DNA of 64,000 nucleotides from an uncultured Thermoplasmata archaeon (GTDB lineage Archaea; Thermoplasmatota; Thermoplasmata; Lutacidiplasmatales; UBA184), in assembly GCA_963749235.1 (NCBI GenBank), contig CAVVLV010000001.1, positions 142,568 to 206,567 of the forward strand, in the 5' to 3' direction. A program made the translations under genes and the position numbers. Below the pieces are notes generated by a model, which saw only the letters and a program-made list of their open reading frames with translations, made no database searches and was not told the origin of the DNA. This document shows, piece after piece, positions 39,629 through 48,542 of the stretch (its first letter is position 1; every line of letters starts with the position of its first letter).

Positions 39629-39779
39629 CGGCCAGGAGAGGGACCGTGCCCTCTATAGGCCTGTCCGACGACGTCCGGACTCCGCGCGCGCGGGGTTTCC
39701 CCGGACGCAACCGGCGTGCATCCCGGCCTTCTCGCAAGGGTTAAACCCCACCCCGTCTCGGCCGACCTCGAGTACCCCC

Positions 39780-40976
39780 ATGGCCCGAAACGTTCAGGTG
39801 GAGCCGCTGCGCACCGTCCATATCGAAGACCAGGCCGTCGAGCTGGTCGAGCGGAAGGGCTTGGGACACCCGGACTCGATCGCAGACGGGGTCTCGGAAT
39901 CGGTCAGCCGGGCGCTCTGCCGTCTCTACCTCGACGAATTCGGCAAGATCCTGCACCACAACACGGACGAGACCCAGGTGGTGGGCGGGGCCTCCGAGCC
40001 GAAGTTCGGCGGCGGCAAGGTCACGAAGCCGATCTACATGCTCCTGGTCGGCCGGGCGACGACCGAGGTCAACAAGGAGAAGCTCCCCATCCACGACACC
40101 GCGATCGAGGCGGCCAAGAAGTACGTCGCGTCCGTGTGCTCCCATGTCGATATCGAACACGACGTCGAGTTCGACTCCAAGATCGGCTCGGGCTCCATCG
40201 ACCTCCGCGGGGTCTTCGAGCAGAAGACGGTCCTCTCCAACGACACTTCCTTCGGCGTCGGGTTCGCACCGCTCTCCGACACCGAACGACTGGTCCTGGA
40301 GAGCGAGCGGTTCCTGACCCTCAAACTGAAGAAGAAGCTCCCGGCGCTCGGGGAGGATGTCAAGGTGATGGGATACCGCGCGGGCGACCAGATCCACCTC
40401 ACGGTCGCCGCCGCGCTCGTCGACCGGGAGATCGCCGACGGCGACGCCTACCAGAACGTCTGCGCCCAGATCACGGAGAAGCTCGCGGACCAGGCCGCCA
40501 AACTGACCCACCGGGAGGTCCAGATCGACGTGAACACGGCGGACGACCCCGAGCTCGGCCGGTACTACCTCACGGTCACCGGGTGCTCGATGGAAGCGGG
40601 CGATGACGGCTCCGTCGGGCGGGGCAACCGCGCCAACGGCCTCATCACCCCGTGCCGTCCGATGAGCCTGGAAGCCTCGGCGGGAAAGAACCCGATCAAC
40701 CACGTCGGCAAGATCTACAACCTGCTCGGGAACCTGATCGCCGGCGACATCGTGAAGGAGACCGGCGGCAACGTCAAGGAGGTCCATGTCCGGATCCTCT
40801 CCCAGATCGGAAAGCCGGTCGACCAACCCCAGGTCGCCAGCCTACAGATCCTCCCCGCGAGCGGCGTGAAGCTGGCGCAGGTCAAGCCGACGGCGGAAGC
40901 GGTCGCGAACTCGTGGTTCGAGCAGATCGACTCGATCCCGAAGCTCCTCCTCACCGGGAAGCTCTCGGTCTTCTAG
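39780..40976 (+). CDS. mat: archaeal-type S-adenosylmethionine synthetase
   Basis: 398 aa with [19 protein letters not shown]...[12 protein letters not shown], typical of archaeal MAT. Confidence 0.95.
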   Translation: MARNVQVEPLRTVHIEDQAVELVERKGLGHPDSIADGVSESVSRALCRLYLDEFGKILHHNTDETQVVGGASEPKFGGGKVTKPIYMLLVGRATTEVNKEKLPIHDTAIEAAKKYVASVCSHVDIEHDVEFDSKIGSGSIDLRGVFEQKTVLSNDTSFGVGFAPLSDTERLVLESERFLTLKLKKKLPALGEDVKVMGYRAGDQIHLTVAAALVDREIADGDAYQNVCAQITEKLADQAAKLTHREVQIDVNTADDPELGRYYLTVTGCSMEAGDDGSVGRGNRANGLITPCRPMSLEASAGKNPINHVGKIYNLLGNLIAGDIVKETGGNVKEVHVRILSQIGKPVDQPQVASLQILPASGVKLAQVKPTAEAVANSWFEQIDSIPKLLLTGKLSVF

Positions 40977-41112
40977 GCCTCCTTCGGGGACGGGCCGAGC
41001 GACCCCGGCCCCTCTCGGGGAACCCCCCCGTCCGCCGGGGACGGCCTCTAAATAGTCGACCCACGCAGTATCTTCCTCGGCGGGGCCCCGACCGGCCCCG
41101 CGGATCGTTCGG

Positions 41113-42030
41113 ATGGTCTCGCTCTCGGGCACGCAGCTCTTTGTCATCGTCATCGCCGTCGTGCTGGTCGTCGTCGTCATCGCGATCTTCCTCTACCTCG
41201 CGAACCGCCTCCGCGCCCGTCGTAACCAGATCCTGGGCGAGCTCAGTGCCAAGCCCGAGCTGATCCAGGACCGGGCGTACAACCGCCTCGAGATGGCCCG
41301 ACGGGAGGCGGCGCTGCTGACCCGTACGGGGACCGACGTCGCCCGGGCCCAGGACCTGATCGCCCAGTCCCAGGCGGCATTCGACCTCCACCAGTTCCCC
41401 CGGGCCTACGAGCTCGCCCAATCCGCCCACGAGAGCCTCGTGAACGCGCGCGGACGGACATCCCTCCCGACCCCGATCCCGGGCGGGGGCGCGGCAAGGA
41501 TCGCGATTCCTGCCGACCCCTCGATGCGGGTCTCGGCGGCGGGCGCGTCGCGGAGCGCTTCGCCGCCCCTGCCCCAGGCAGTTTCGCCGCCCAAGAACCG
41601 CGCGGAATCGCACTTCCAGCTCGGCCTCCTTCAGGCCGACCTCGCCTCGGCCTCCCCGTCGGGTCCGACGAGGGAAGCCACGACGCTCCAGCAGCAGGCT
41701 CAAGCCGCCTTCGACGGCGGCGAGTACACCGAGGCGTTCCGACTGGCCCTACGGGGCCGCCGCGCGCTCGGACGGGTGGAGACGCTCGCCCCGGGACCCG
41801 GCTCTCCACCGCCCGTGAGCGGGGGTGCCCCGGACGACGTGACCGGCGTCGCGGAACGCCTTGCCGGCTCCGAACGGTGCCCGGATTGCGGGTATCCGAT
41901 GATGGCCAGTGACGGGTTCTGTCGGGGTTGCGGAAAGCCCCGCATCGCGCTCACGTGCCCGTCCTGCGGCGAACCGCGCGCTCCCGCGGACACCTTCTGC
42001 GGTCGGTGCGGGGCGCGCTTCAGCCCCTAG
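41113..42030 (+). CDS. membrane-anchored protein with helical repeats and C-terminal double zinc ribbon
   Basis: N-terminal TM segment LFVIVIAVVLVVVVIAIFLYL. The C-terminus is CPDCG...CRGCG...CPSCG...CGRCG. Confidence 0.6.
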   Translation: MVSLSGTQLFVIVIAVVLVVVVIAIFLYLANRLRARRNQILGELSAKPELIQDRAYNRLEMARREAALLTRTGTDVARAQDLIAQSQAAFDLHQFPRAYELAQSAHESLVNARGRTSLPTPIPGGGAARIAIPADPSMRVSAAGASRSASPPLPQAVSPPKNRAESHFQLGLLQADLASASPSGPTREATTLQQQAQAAFDGGEYTEAFRLALRGRRALGRVETLAPGPGSPPPVSGGAPDDVTGVAERLAGSERCPDCGYPMMASDGFCRGCGKPRIALTCPSCGEPRAPADTFCGRCGARFSP

Positions 42031-43343
42031 TTCGCGACCCCGAGCCAGTCGTCGAGGCGACGCTGGGTCCGGGTCTCGTGGAGGACCGCGCTCGAGGCGA
42101 GCCAGCGATCGAGCGGGATGGAGAAGGTCGCACGGAGCACTTCGTTCAGTTCCGGTAGCGAGCTTAGTCGCACGGCGGGCTCCTGGAGCGCCGCCCGAAC
42201 GTGTTCCCGAACGTTCCACACGCCGAGGGGCAGGATCTCTCCGGGATGGACCTCCCGGAGGACGACCGCTCCCGCCTGCCGTCCGAACCGGAGCAGCGCC
42301 TCGGAGACCGCCAGTCGGGCGGCGTAGTAGCAGCCCCCGATCGAGGCGTACGTCGTTCGTCCGTCGTGCCCCTCGTGATCGCCCATCACGATCACCTCGG
42401 TCGGGCTCGGGTTCCAGAGCGTCTCGGGATACCAGGCTTCGATCGATTCGTATCGCCAGATGCCGGGCAGGAGGACGATCACCCACCGGTTCTCGAGGGC
42501 GGTCAACCGGTGCACTCGGATCTCTCCCAGCTCCGGCAGCCCCCGGACCCGGGTCAGGTTCTGTTTGGAGAGGACGTCGTCGACCGCCGTGATGCTCCAT
42601 CGAGTCGGGACGAGCTTTCGCCGTCCCCGACGCCCCAAGGTGCCGACGCTGAACGCCCTCTGGATCCGGCTCACCCGGACGCCTCGTGCGTAGAGCTCGG
42701 TGACCGCGGTCCGGGCGTTCGCTGCCGTGTCGGAGGAGAGACGGTCCAGGTGCGGGTCGACCCGGCGAACATCCAGTCGCAGGTGCTCGATCGGGGCCGA
42801 GGGACCGAAGGGCGGGGCCGAATCGGAGAGCGTGATGTGGCCGCGCGGGGGACGTCGGAACCGGGTCTCGCTCTCCACTGACTCCGAGGAGAGACCGAGC
42901 AGCTGCAGTTCCTCGAGCAGCGGAATCGGTTTCTCAGCGTCCGTGACCCGGATGGGGCTGGTGCCTCGGACGAGCCCGGTGCGGAACCCGACGACCTCCG
43001 CCACCGAACGACCCACCCACTGCTCGGGGGTGTCGAGCAGCTCCGTCGACCCGTGTTCCGGGCTCAGGAGCGGTCCGAAGGAGACCCGAGGGTAGCCGTA
43101 CCGGCCGACGAACACCCCGGGCGGGGAGGAGCCGGAGAGGTCGGTTCCTTGGACCATCGGCAGCGTCCTCTCGAACGCGTGGTACCGGAGCAGAAGGGGA
43201 CAGACGGGCTTCCCGCAGAGGAGCTGAGCGGATCGGCAGCGGAGGCACATGCCGGGATCCTCGCGCAAGCCCGGAATGCTCCACGAGAGCCCGGCCGTTG
43301 GCTCCACTCCCAACAGGGGAGGAGCGGGGGCGGAGATCGTCAC
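42027..43343 (-). CDS. Nre-family DNA repair protein (COG1602)
   Basis: 438 aa from GTG 43343. N-terminal Cys cluster CLRC..C..C, then GVFVGRYGYP, PTRWSITAVDD, and a C-terminal QRRLDDWL PIP-like box. Confidence 0.8.
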   Translation of the reverse strand: MTISAPAPPLLGVEPTAGLSWSIPGLREDPGMCLRCRSAQLLCGKPVCPLLLRYHAFERTLPMVQGTDLSGSSPPGVFVGRYGYPRVSFGPLLSPEHGSTELLDTPEQWVGRSVAEVVGFRTGLVRGTSPIRVTDAEKPIPLLEELQLLGLSSESVESETRFRRPPRGHITLSDSAPPFGPSAPIEHLRLDVRRVDPHLDRLSSDTAANARTAVTELYARGVRVSRIQRAFSVGTLGRRGRRKLVPTRWSITAVDDVLSKQNLTRVRGLPELGEIRVHRLTALENRWVIVLLPGIWRYESIEAWYPETLWNPSPTEVIVMGDHEGHDGRTTYASIGGCYYAARLAVSEALLRFGRQAGAVVLREVHPGEILPLGVWNVREHVRAALQEPAVRLSSLPELNEVLRATFSIPLDRWLASSAVLHETRTQRRLDDWLGVAN

Positions 43344-43472
43344 GACGGACCGGGGAGGAGCTCCGTGGCTATAGCCCTCGGTGAGGGGGCGTGAAACGGG
43401 GGGAGGCGCCAGAGAACCCCTCCGCCTTAGGTCGTCCCCCGGTCGAGTAGGAGCGGACCCTTCGGCACGTTC

Positions 43473-43646
43473 ATGATAGGCGGGGTGTTGCCCGACGGTG
43501 TGACGGGTCCCATGCTATGCGCGAGTTGCCAGAAGCCCCTGCCGAACAACGCGACCGTGTGCCCCACCTGTGGAGCGGAAACGGACTCCGGGCAGGAGCA
43601 CACGGGTGGAAGCGGCGCGGTCCACACCGGCGGTAGCGGGGGCTGA
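43473..43646 (+). CDS. small zinc-ribbon protein (hypothetical)
   Basis: Hand-found, 57 aa (or 44 aa from ATG 43512): ...MLCASCQKPLPNNATVCPTCGAETDSGQEHTGGSGAVHTGGSGG. CxxC-x12-CxxC. Below the ORF-track cutoff. Confidence 0.4.
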   Translation: MIGGVLPDGVTGPMLCASCQKPLPNNATVCPTCGAETDSGQEHTGGSGAVHTGGSGG

Positions 43647-43710
43647 TCTCCCAGGGGCCGGCGCTCCCCTCGACCGGCGGGTGGATCGAATTCGACCCTC
43701 TGCCAGGGAG

Positions 43711-43722
43711 TGGACTGGTCGG
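43711..43722. repeat. 12-nt direct repeat TGGACTGGTCGG (left copy)
   Basis: Identical to 44634..44645, which is the 3' acceptor end of tRNA-Ala. The left copy lies inside the 9-bp hairpin GGAGTGGAC-8nt-GTCCACTCC (43707-43732). Confidence 0.6.
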
Positions 43723-43871
43723 CGTCCACTCCCCCCGGGGGTTCGAATCCCGTCCTCAGCCTGACCCCGCGGTTGCCGGCGGTGACTTAGTTCGGTGGGA
43801 CCTTGTCCATCGTCCATCAACCGGCCGGCGGGGGCGTAGGGATTAAGCGGCCCCGGGGAGTCCGGAGACTA

Positions 43872-44081
43872 ATGGCCGCCGATAATCGTGTCCAGGTTAT
43901 GCTCCGTCGGTCGACGGTTGAGATGATACAAGGGTTCGACCCGAACGCGCCTACCTTGGACGACGCGATTGAGGAGATGATCATCGCCAAGCCACCTCCC
44001 TCTCTGCTGAAGGAATTGAACCGTCGGGAAAAGGGACGGTTCGTCACCCGCGAAGGCTCCCGTCGCCGTCACGGGCATTGA
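43872..44081 (+). CDS. putative antitoxin of type II TA pair
   Basis: 69 aa from ATG 43872, with GGAG 8 nt upstream: MAADNRVQVMLRRSTVEMIQGF... It ends 3 nt before the toxin GTG. Confidence 0.55.
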   Translation: MAADNRVQVMLRRSTVEMIQGFDPNAPTLDDAIEEMIIAKPPPSLLKELNRREKGRFVTREGSRRRHGH

Positions 44082-44084
44082 GCC

Positions 44085-44348
44085 GTGCCTCGGATTGTCT
44101 ACGCGGCTCGAGCAGAGACAGAGCTCTACCGTCTACCCCGAAACGTCTACGACAAGTTTCAGCTGGCCTTCAACGCGCTTGAGCACGATCCGTTCGACCC
44201 GGGACCGGGTTACCGGGTCAAGCCCCTGCGTGAGCCGGGTGGCCGGTGGGTAGTTCGCTTCGGCATCTGGGGAGCCATCTTCCGTCTCGAGGGCGACACC
44301 GTTCGCATCCTGAAGGTCGGACCGAGATCAACCTTGTATCGCGGTTGA
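44085..44348 (+). CDS. RelE/ParE-family toxin
   Basis: 87 aa with IVYAARAETELYRLPRNVYDKFQLAFNALEHDPFDPG..YRVKPLREPGGRWVVRFGIWGAIFRLEGDTVRILKVGPRS, the classic RelE/ParE layout. Confidence 0.8.
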   Translation: MPRIVYAARAETELYRLPRNVYDKFQLAFNALEHDPFDPGPGYRVKPLREPGGRWVVRFGIWGAIFRLEGDTVRILKVGPRSTLYRG

Positions 44349-44633
44349 TTGCCGTGCTCAGGTCGAACCTGAATTGCCGAGGCAACACCAGGCTCAGCTC
44401 CGGGCGAGTCCGACCGATTTCCCACGTCCGCTGTTCTTCGACGGTCTCCGCGAGGGATTGTCGGTGACCGTCGGTGAATCATACGAGCAGAGGGAGTCCC
44501 GGGCCGCCCTGAGTTGGGACGAGGTGCCCCATGTCCGACCACCTCGCGAACTGGCCGACTCGGACCGATGGACGGGTAGAAGTATAGTCCCCCGGGGGGT
44601 TCAAATCCAAGCGGGGAACGGCAGAGGGGATGA

Positions 44634-44707
44634 TGGACTGGTCGGGATTTGAACCCGAGACCTCCGGTTTGCAAAACCGGCGATCTTCCGAACTGATCTA
44701 CCAGCCC
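44634..44707 (-). tRNA. tRNA-Ala(TGC)
   Basis: The reverse strand reads GGGCTGG-TA-GATC-AGTTCGGAA-GATC-G-CCGGT-TTTGCAA-ACCGG-AGGTC-TCGGG-TTCAAAT-CCCGA-CCAGTCC-A. It includes the G3:U70 alanine identity pair. Confidence 0.9.
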
Positions 44708-44841
44708 ACCGAGGTCCCGAGGGAGGCCCGTGGGTCTTAGGGTTTCGCTCGGTCGGTGTCGGAGCGCTCGGGGAGAAACGGGAGGGTAGGGGTCCGCCGG
44801 TCGCGCCAAAAGGCCATGTAGGGGGTTCCGGTCGTCCCGAT

Positions 44842-45816
44842 GTGAAACTCTCGGCCTTCTCGGTCGTCGACGAAGTCCCCGGACGGGACCGGTACCGGGA
44901 GATCCTTGATCTGGCGGAGGCCGCCGAGGAAGGGGGTTTATCCGGACTCTGGGTGGCGGAGCACCACTTCAACCCGGCCGGGGTCTGCCCATCCCCGCCC
45001 GTGCTCCTCGCGGCGTGCGGAGCGCGGACCCGCCGGTTGCGGTTGGGCGCTCTCGTGAGCGTCCTCCCCTTTCACCGACCGGTAGATGTCGCGGAGGAGT
45101 ACTCGCTGCTCGACCGGATCACCGGCGGTCGGGTGAACCTAGGGTTGGGCAGTGGGTACATCCCGACCGAGTTCGAGGGGTTCGGGATCGACCCCGCGTC
45201 GCGCCACGAACGGTTCGACGCAGCGTACTCGACGATCCTGGAGCTCATGGCCGGTCGGGAGGTCCGCATCGGCGGGCCGAGCTCGCCCCAGGTTCGGTTG
45301 AACGTCCTACCGGTCCAATCCCCCCACCCGCCTCTCTGGATCGCCGTCCAACGGCGCGAGGCGATCCCGTTCGTTGCCCGCAGGGGGGTCTCGATCGCCC
45401 TCATCCCGTACGCGACGGTCTCGGGGATGTCGGAACTGGCAGAGGAGATCCGCGAGTTCCGAGCGGCCTTGCCGACCGGTTCCCGGGCGGAAGTGGCCGT
45501 CGCCGTGCATCTGTACGCGGGTGACCACCCCGTTCGGGCCCGCGAGGCCCTCGACCGGTTCCTCGCGAGCCGCCTGCGCACCCAGAGCACCTTCTACCAG
45601 GCCAAGGCCGCCCACCACCCTCACCAGGCCAGCCGGGAAGGGCTCGAGGAGAGTGACCTCGCCCTGCTGGGGAGCCCTGCGGAGGTAGCCCATCGTCTGG
45701 ACGCGTACCGGGCGGCGGGCGTGGACGAGGTCCTCGGAATCTTCGACTTCGGTGGGCTCCCGGCTGACGATGCGGCGGGCTCGGTCCGGGCGCTGGGAAA
45801 GACCTTCGTTCCCTGA
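44842..45816 (+). CDS. luciferase-like (LLM-class) flavin/F420-dependent oxidoreductase
   Basis: 324 aa from GTG 44842 with ...GLWVAEHHF...RVNLGLGSGY... Confidence 0.8.
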   Translation: MKLSAFSVVDEVPGRDRYREILDLAEAAEEGGLSGLWVAEHHFNPAGVCPSPPVLLAACGARTRRLRLGALVSVLPFHRPVDVAEEYSLLDRITGGRVNLGLGSGYIPTEFEGFGIDPASRHERFDAAYSTILELMAGREVRIGGPSSPQVRLNVLPVQSPHPPLWIAVQRREAIPFVARRGVSIALIPYATVSGMSELAEEIREFRAALPTGSRAEVAVAVHLYAGDHPVRAREALDRFLASRLRTQSTFYQAKAAHHPHQASREGLEESDLALLGSPAEVAHRLDAYRAAGVDEVLGIFDFGGLPADDAAGSVRALGKTFVP

Positions 45817-45913
45817 GCCCGACCACCGCCCGCCGAGAAGGGCCCCCCGACCCGTTGAGCTCGATCGAAAAGAAAAGGGAGGAAAGGGTTCGACCCAAGA
45901 AGGAGGTCTCGGT

Positions 45914-48400
45914 CTAGGTGCTGCCCGGGGGAGGGGTCGGCATCGGGGGCTGGGAGGGGGGCGGCTCGCTCCACTCCTGGGCCCCGGTTCCCGACGGTGC
46001 GGGTGCGGGCGGCGACATCGGGGTCGTGGTCGAAGCGCCTCCGGACGACGGGGGCGAGCGCTTCTTGTGCCGGATCAGGAGCGCGAGCAGGACCGCCAGC
46101 ACCAGGATCACGATCAGCAGGATCAACCAGCCGACCGTGATGCCCGAGTTCCCTCCGACCTCCATGCTAAGGACTGACGGGTGCGCGTTGATGGTGAGCG
46201 CCGTCTCCCCGTAACAGTAGCCGCCGTCGCACGAGTTCCCGTAGAGATACGTGCCGGCCAGCTCCACTTCCAGGAAGACGATCCCACTCGGGTAGCCCGA
46301 GGGGATCGTCATTTGGAAGGTGCCCGAGGAGCTCGGGGACGAGATCTCGTTGTACACCTGCGTTCCGTCCAGCGACACGTAGAAGGTGTAGAGCAGGGGC
46401 AGCGGGGCATTCCCGTACGGCGTGATCTGGTAGGCGATCGTCAGGGTCTGGCCCGGCTGGTAGCTGCCGTCCGAGTAGCTCGAGGCGGTGTTGACGCCGA
46501 CGGTCACGTAGTAGCCCCACGCCTGGTCGATCTCGGTCTCCGCCGAGGCGACCGTGCCCGAGCTGGGCGAGCCGAGGTAGGCGTAGATGTAGTAGTAGCC
46601 CGGGGCGGAGCCGGACGGGACGGCGATGGTGAACGCGGTGTTGTTCGCGACGCTCCCGCTCTCCACGAGCCCGTAGCTCCCGTAGCTCTCGCCCAGGTCG
46701 TAGCTAGCCCAGACCTGGTAGGTGATGGTCGCGCCCGTCAGCGATCCCGCGCCGTACGCCTCCGGAGTGATGCTGATGGTCGAGCCGGGCGTGAACGTAG
46801 ACGAGCTCGGGTTCAGGAAGAGGCGCGGGGCGGTCGAGTAGGCATACGCCTCTCCGTAGAACGACGTGGTCGCGTTGACCGCTTCCACCTCGACCCCGAA
46901 GGCGCCCACGAATCCGGCGGGGAGAGGCACGGTGAACGTGCCGCTCGTCGCGGTCGAGGAGATCGTCCCCTGGCTCAAGAAGGCGTCGTTCTCCTCGTTG
47001 TAGGCATACCACTCGACGGCGGTGAGCGCGCCGGTCTGCGCGGAGTCGGTCGAACTGAGGCTCCACGAGGCCGTCACGGTCTGTCCGGGGTAGTACTCGA
47101 GTTGGTTCAATTGGACCGAGACACCGCCGGTCGCACCGCTCTCGTCCACGTAGAGCGACGTGTTGGACCACGCCGACCAGTCGGAGGTCGGGGAGGTCGC
47201 GGTCGGGTCGGTCACCGAGAGGTTCAGGATGTTCTCGTACGGGTAGTAGTACTCGCTCGTGAGGGGCGGGCTGGTCACGATGTAGTTGAACGAGATGCGG
47301 CCCGTGGCGTTGCTCGTCAGGGACGTGGGCGGATTCCCGCCGGGCGTGACGATGCTGAGGCCGTTCCAGAAGTGGATCGATACCGGCAGGTTGGGGACGC
47401 CGTAGAGCTCGTCGTTCCAGTCGGCGCCGACGGTGGCGCAGACCTGGACGAGGGAACCGGTGGCGTAGTTGTTGTCGTAGTAGGTCGGGCAGACCCCGTT
47501 GTACTCGGTCTCCTGACCGACCTGGATCTCCACGGTACCGACCCCCCAGTAGACCTCAGCGCTCTCGTTCTCGCCGAGCAGGCCGTTCGACTGGATCGTC
47601 GGCCAGAGGGCGAAGTCGAGGTAGCTGTCGGCGGAGGCGTTCGCGGGGACCGTGAACGTGAGGTCTCCGGTCGGGGCGTTCGAGACGTTCATGATGCCGC
47701 CCGGGAAGAGGTTGTGATAGCTGCCGTTCGAGTAGTACCAGCCGTCGACGGCGACGTTCGTGACGTGGGTCGCAGGAGCTCCGTTCACGAGGCTGTAGAG
47801 TTCCCACGCGGCGGTGATCGACTCACCGGGGAGGACGCCGGTGTACGGCCGCGGGCTTCCCCACAGGTCGGACTCGAAGGTGTCGACCGTGATGTTGTAC
47901 TGGGCCGAGCCGCCGTCGGGTGCTGAGGCGTTCACGACCCAGGTCCCGCCAAAGACCAAGGACGAGGGGAACGTGTAGGAGACGCCGGCCAGATACGAGT
48001 AGTATTCGTGGGTGGTCGTGTTCAGCGGAACGGTGACGGTGAAGGCGGGAGAACTGACCCCGTCTCGAGAGGCGTTGGGGTCGGAGATGGTGAAGTTGAG
48101 CTGGGTGTCGGCGGTCGGGTCGTAGACCCAGAAGAAGAGGACGTTCTCGCCCGGGTAGTTGTACCCCCCGCTCGAGAAGTACGTCTGATTGTAGTACACC
48201 TCGTTCCCTTGATAGGTCTGCACCTCGATCGAGTTGACCGCAGGGTGGGGAGCCGCGGGCGCGTGGAACCCGCCGTGGGTGGCGGCCGACGGGGGAGCGA
48301 GGGGCGCCGATTGGGCGCGGCTCCCTCCGGTGCCGAGCACCATCAGGGTCGATACGATCAGCAATACGGCCAGGCCCAGGACCAAAATGCGGCGCGCCAT
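45914..48400 (-). CDS. large secreted, membrane-anchored surface glycoprotein (S-layer-like)
   Basis: 828 aa. Signal peptide MARRILVLGLAVLLIVSTLMVLG. Many N-x-S/T sequons, rich in Ser/Thr/Tyr/Gly. C-terminal TM segment ITVGWLILLIVILVLAVLLALLI is followed by RHKKRS and a Pro-rich tail. Confidence 0.8.
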   Translation of the reverse strand: MARRILVLGLAVLLIVSTLMVLGTGGSRAQSAPLAPPSAATHGGFHAPAAPHPAVNSIEVQTYQGNEVYYNQTYFSSGGYNYPGENVLFFWVYDPTADTQLNFTISDPNASRDGVSSPAFTVTVPLNTTTHEYYSYLAGVSYTFPSSLVFGGTWVVNASAPDGGSAQYNITVDTFESDLWGSPRPYTGVLPGESITAAWELYSLVNGAPATHVTNVAVDGWYYSNGSYHNLFPGGIMNVSNAPTGDLTFTVPANASADSYLDFALWPTIQSNGLLGENESAEVYWGVGTVEIQVGQETEYNGVCPTYYDNNYATGSLVQVCATVGADWNDELYGVPNLPVSIHFWNGLSIVTPGGNPPTSLTSNATGRISFNYIVTSPPLTSEYYYPYENILNLSVTDPTATSPTSDWSAWSNTSLYVDESGATGGVSVQLNQLEYYPGQTVTASWSLSSTDSAQTGALTAVEWYAYNEENDAFLSQGTISSTATSGTFTVPLPAGFVGAFGVEVEAVNATTSFYGEAYAYSTAPRLFLNPSSSTFTPGSTISITPEAYGAGSLTGATITYQVWASYDLGESYGSYGLVESGSVANNTAFTIAVPSGSAPGYYYIYAYLGSPSSGTVASAETEIDQAWGYYVTVGVNTASSYSDGSYQPGQTLTIAYQITPYGNAPLPLLYTFYVSLDGTQVYNEISSPSSSGTFQMTIPSGYPSGIVFLEVELAGTYLYGNSCDGGYCYGETALTINAHPSVLSMEVGGNSGITVGWLILLIVILVLAVLLALLIRHKKRSPPSSGGASTTTPMSPPAPAPSGTGAQEWSEPPPSQPPMPTPPPGST

Positions 48401-48417
48401 CTCCCGAACCTGCGTTC

Positions 48418-48432
48418 TTTTACTATAAAATC
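48418..48432 (-). promoter_or_regulatory. strong TATA box upstream of the surface-protein gene
   Basis: The plus strand reads TTTTACTATAAAATC, centred about 27 nt from ATG 48400, which implies a leaderless or very short-leader transcript. Confidence 0.5.
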
Positions 48433-48542
48433 ACTCCGGTTGAAGTACCGCCGGGGGCCTCGCCCTCCCCGGGGGGTCGAGGAGGCCTTCCCGGGCGGTC
48501 CGAATGGATTTATCGGCCCGTCGGTTCGCGGGTCGGGAGTCC

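Larger units (their letters stand above)
43723..44633. mobile_element. putative degenerate integrated-element remnant carrying a RelE/ParE toxin-antitoxin pair
   Basis: About 0.9 kb bounded by the 12-nt direct repeat, one copy of which is the tRNA-Ala 3' end. Visibly more A/T-rich than the flanks. No integrase is present. Confidence 0.35.

Noticed and set aside
43641-43771. Possible long or intron-containing tRNA (GGCTGA...TCAGCC ends plus GGTTCGAATCC)
   Set aside because: I could not build D, anticodon or T stems. The T-stem would need G:G and G:U pairs, and only 6 acceptor pairs form. I treat it as a fragment or motif, not a gene.
44374-44652. ORF reading into tRNA-Ala with RESRAALSWDEV, faintly like the Arg-I region of tyrosine recombinases
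   Set aside because: The match is a few residues only. There are no downstream HxxR/Y catalytic motifs and the ORF is short. This is insufficient to call an integrase remnant.
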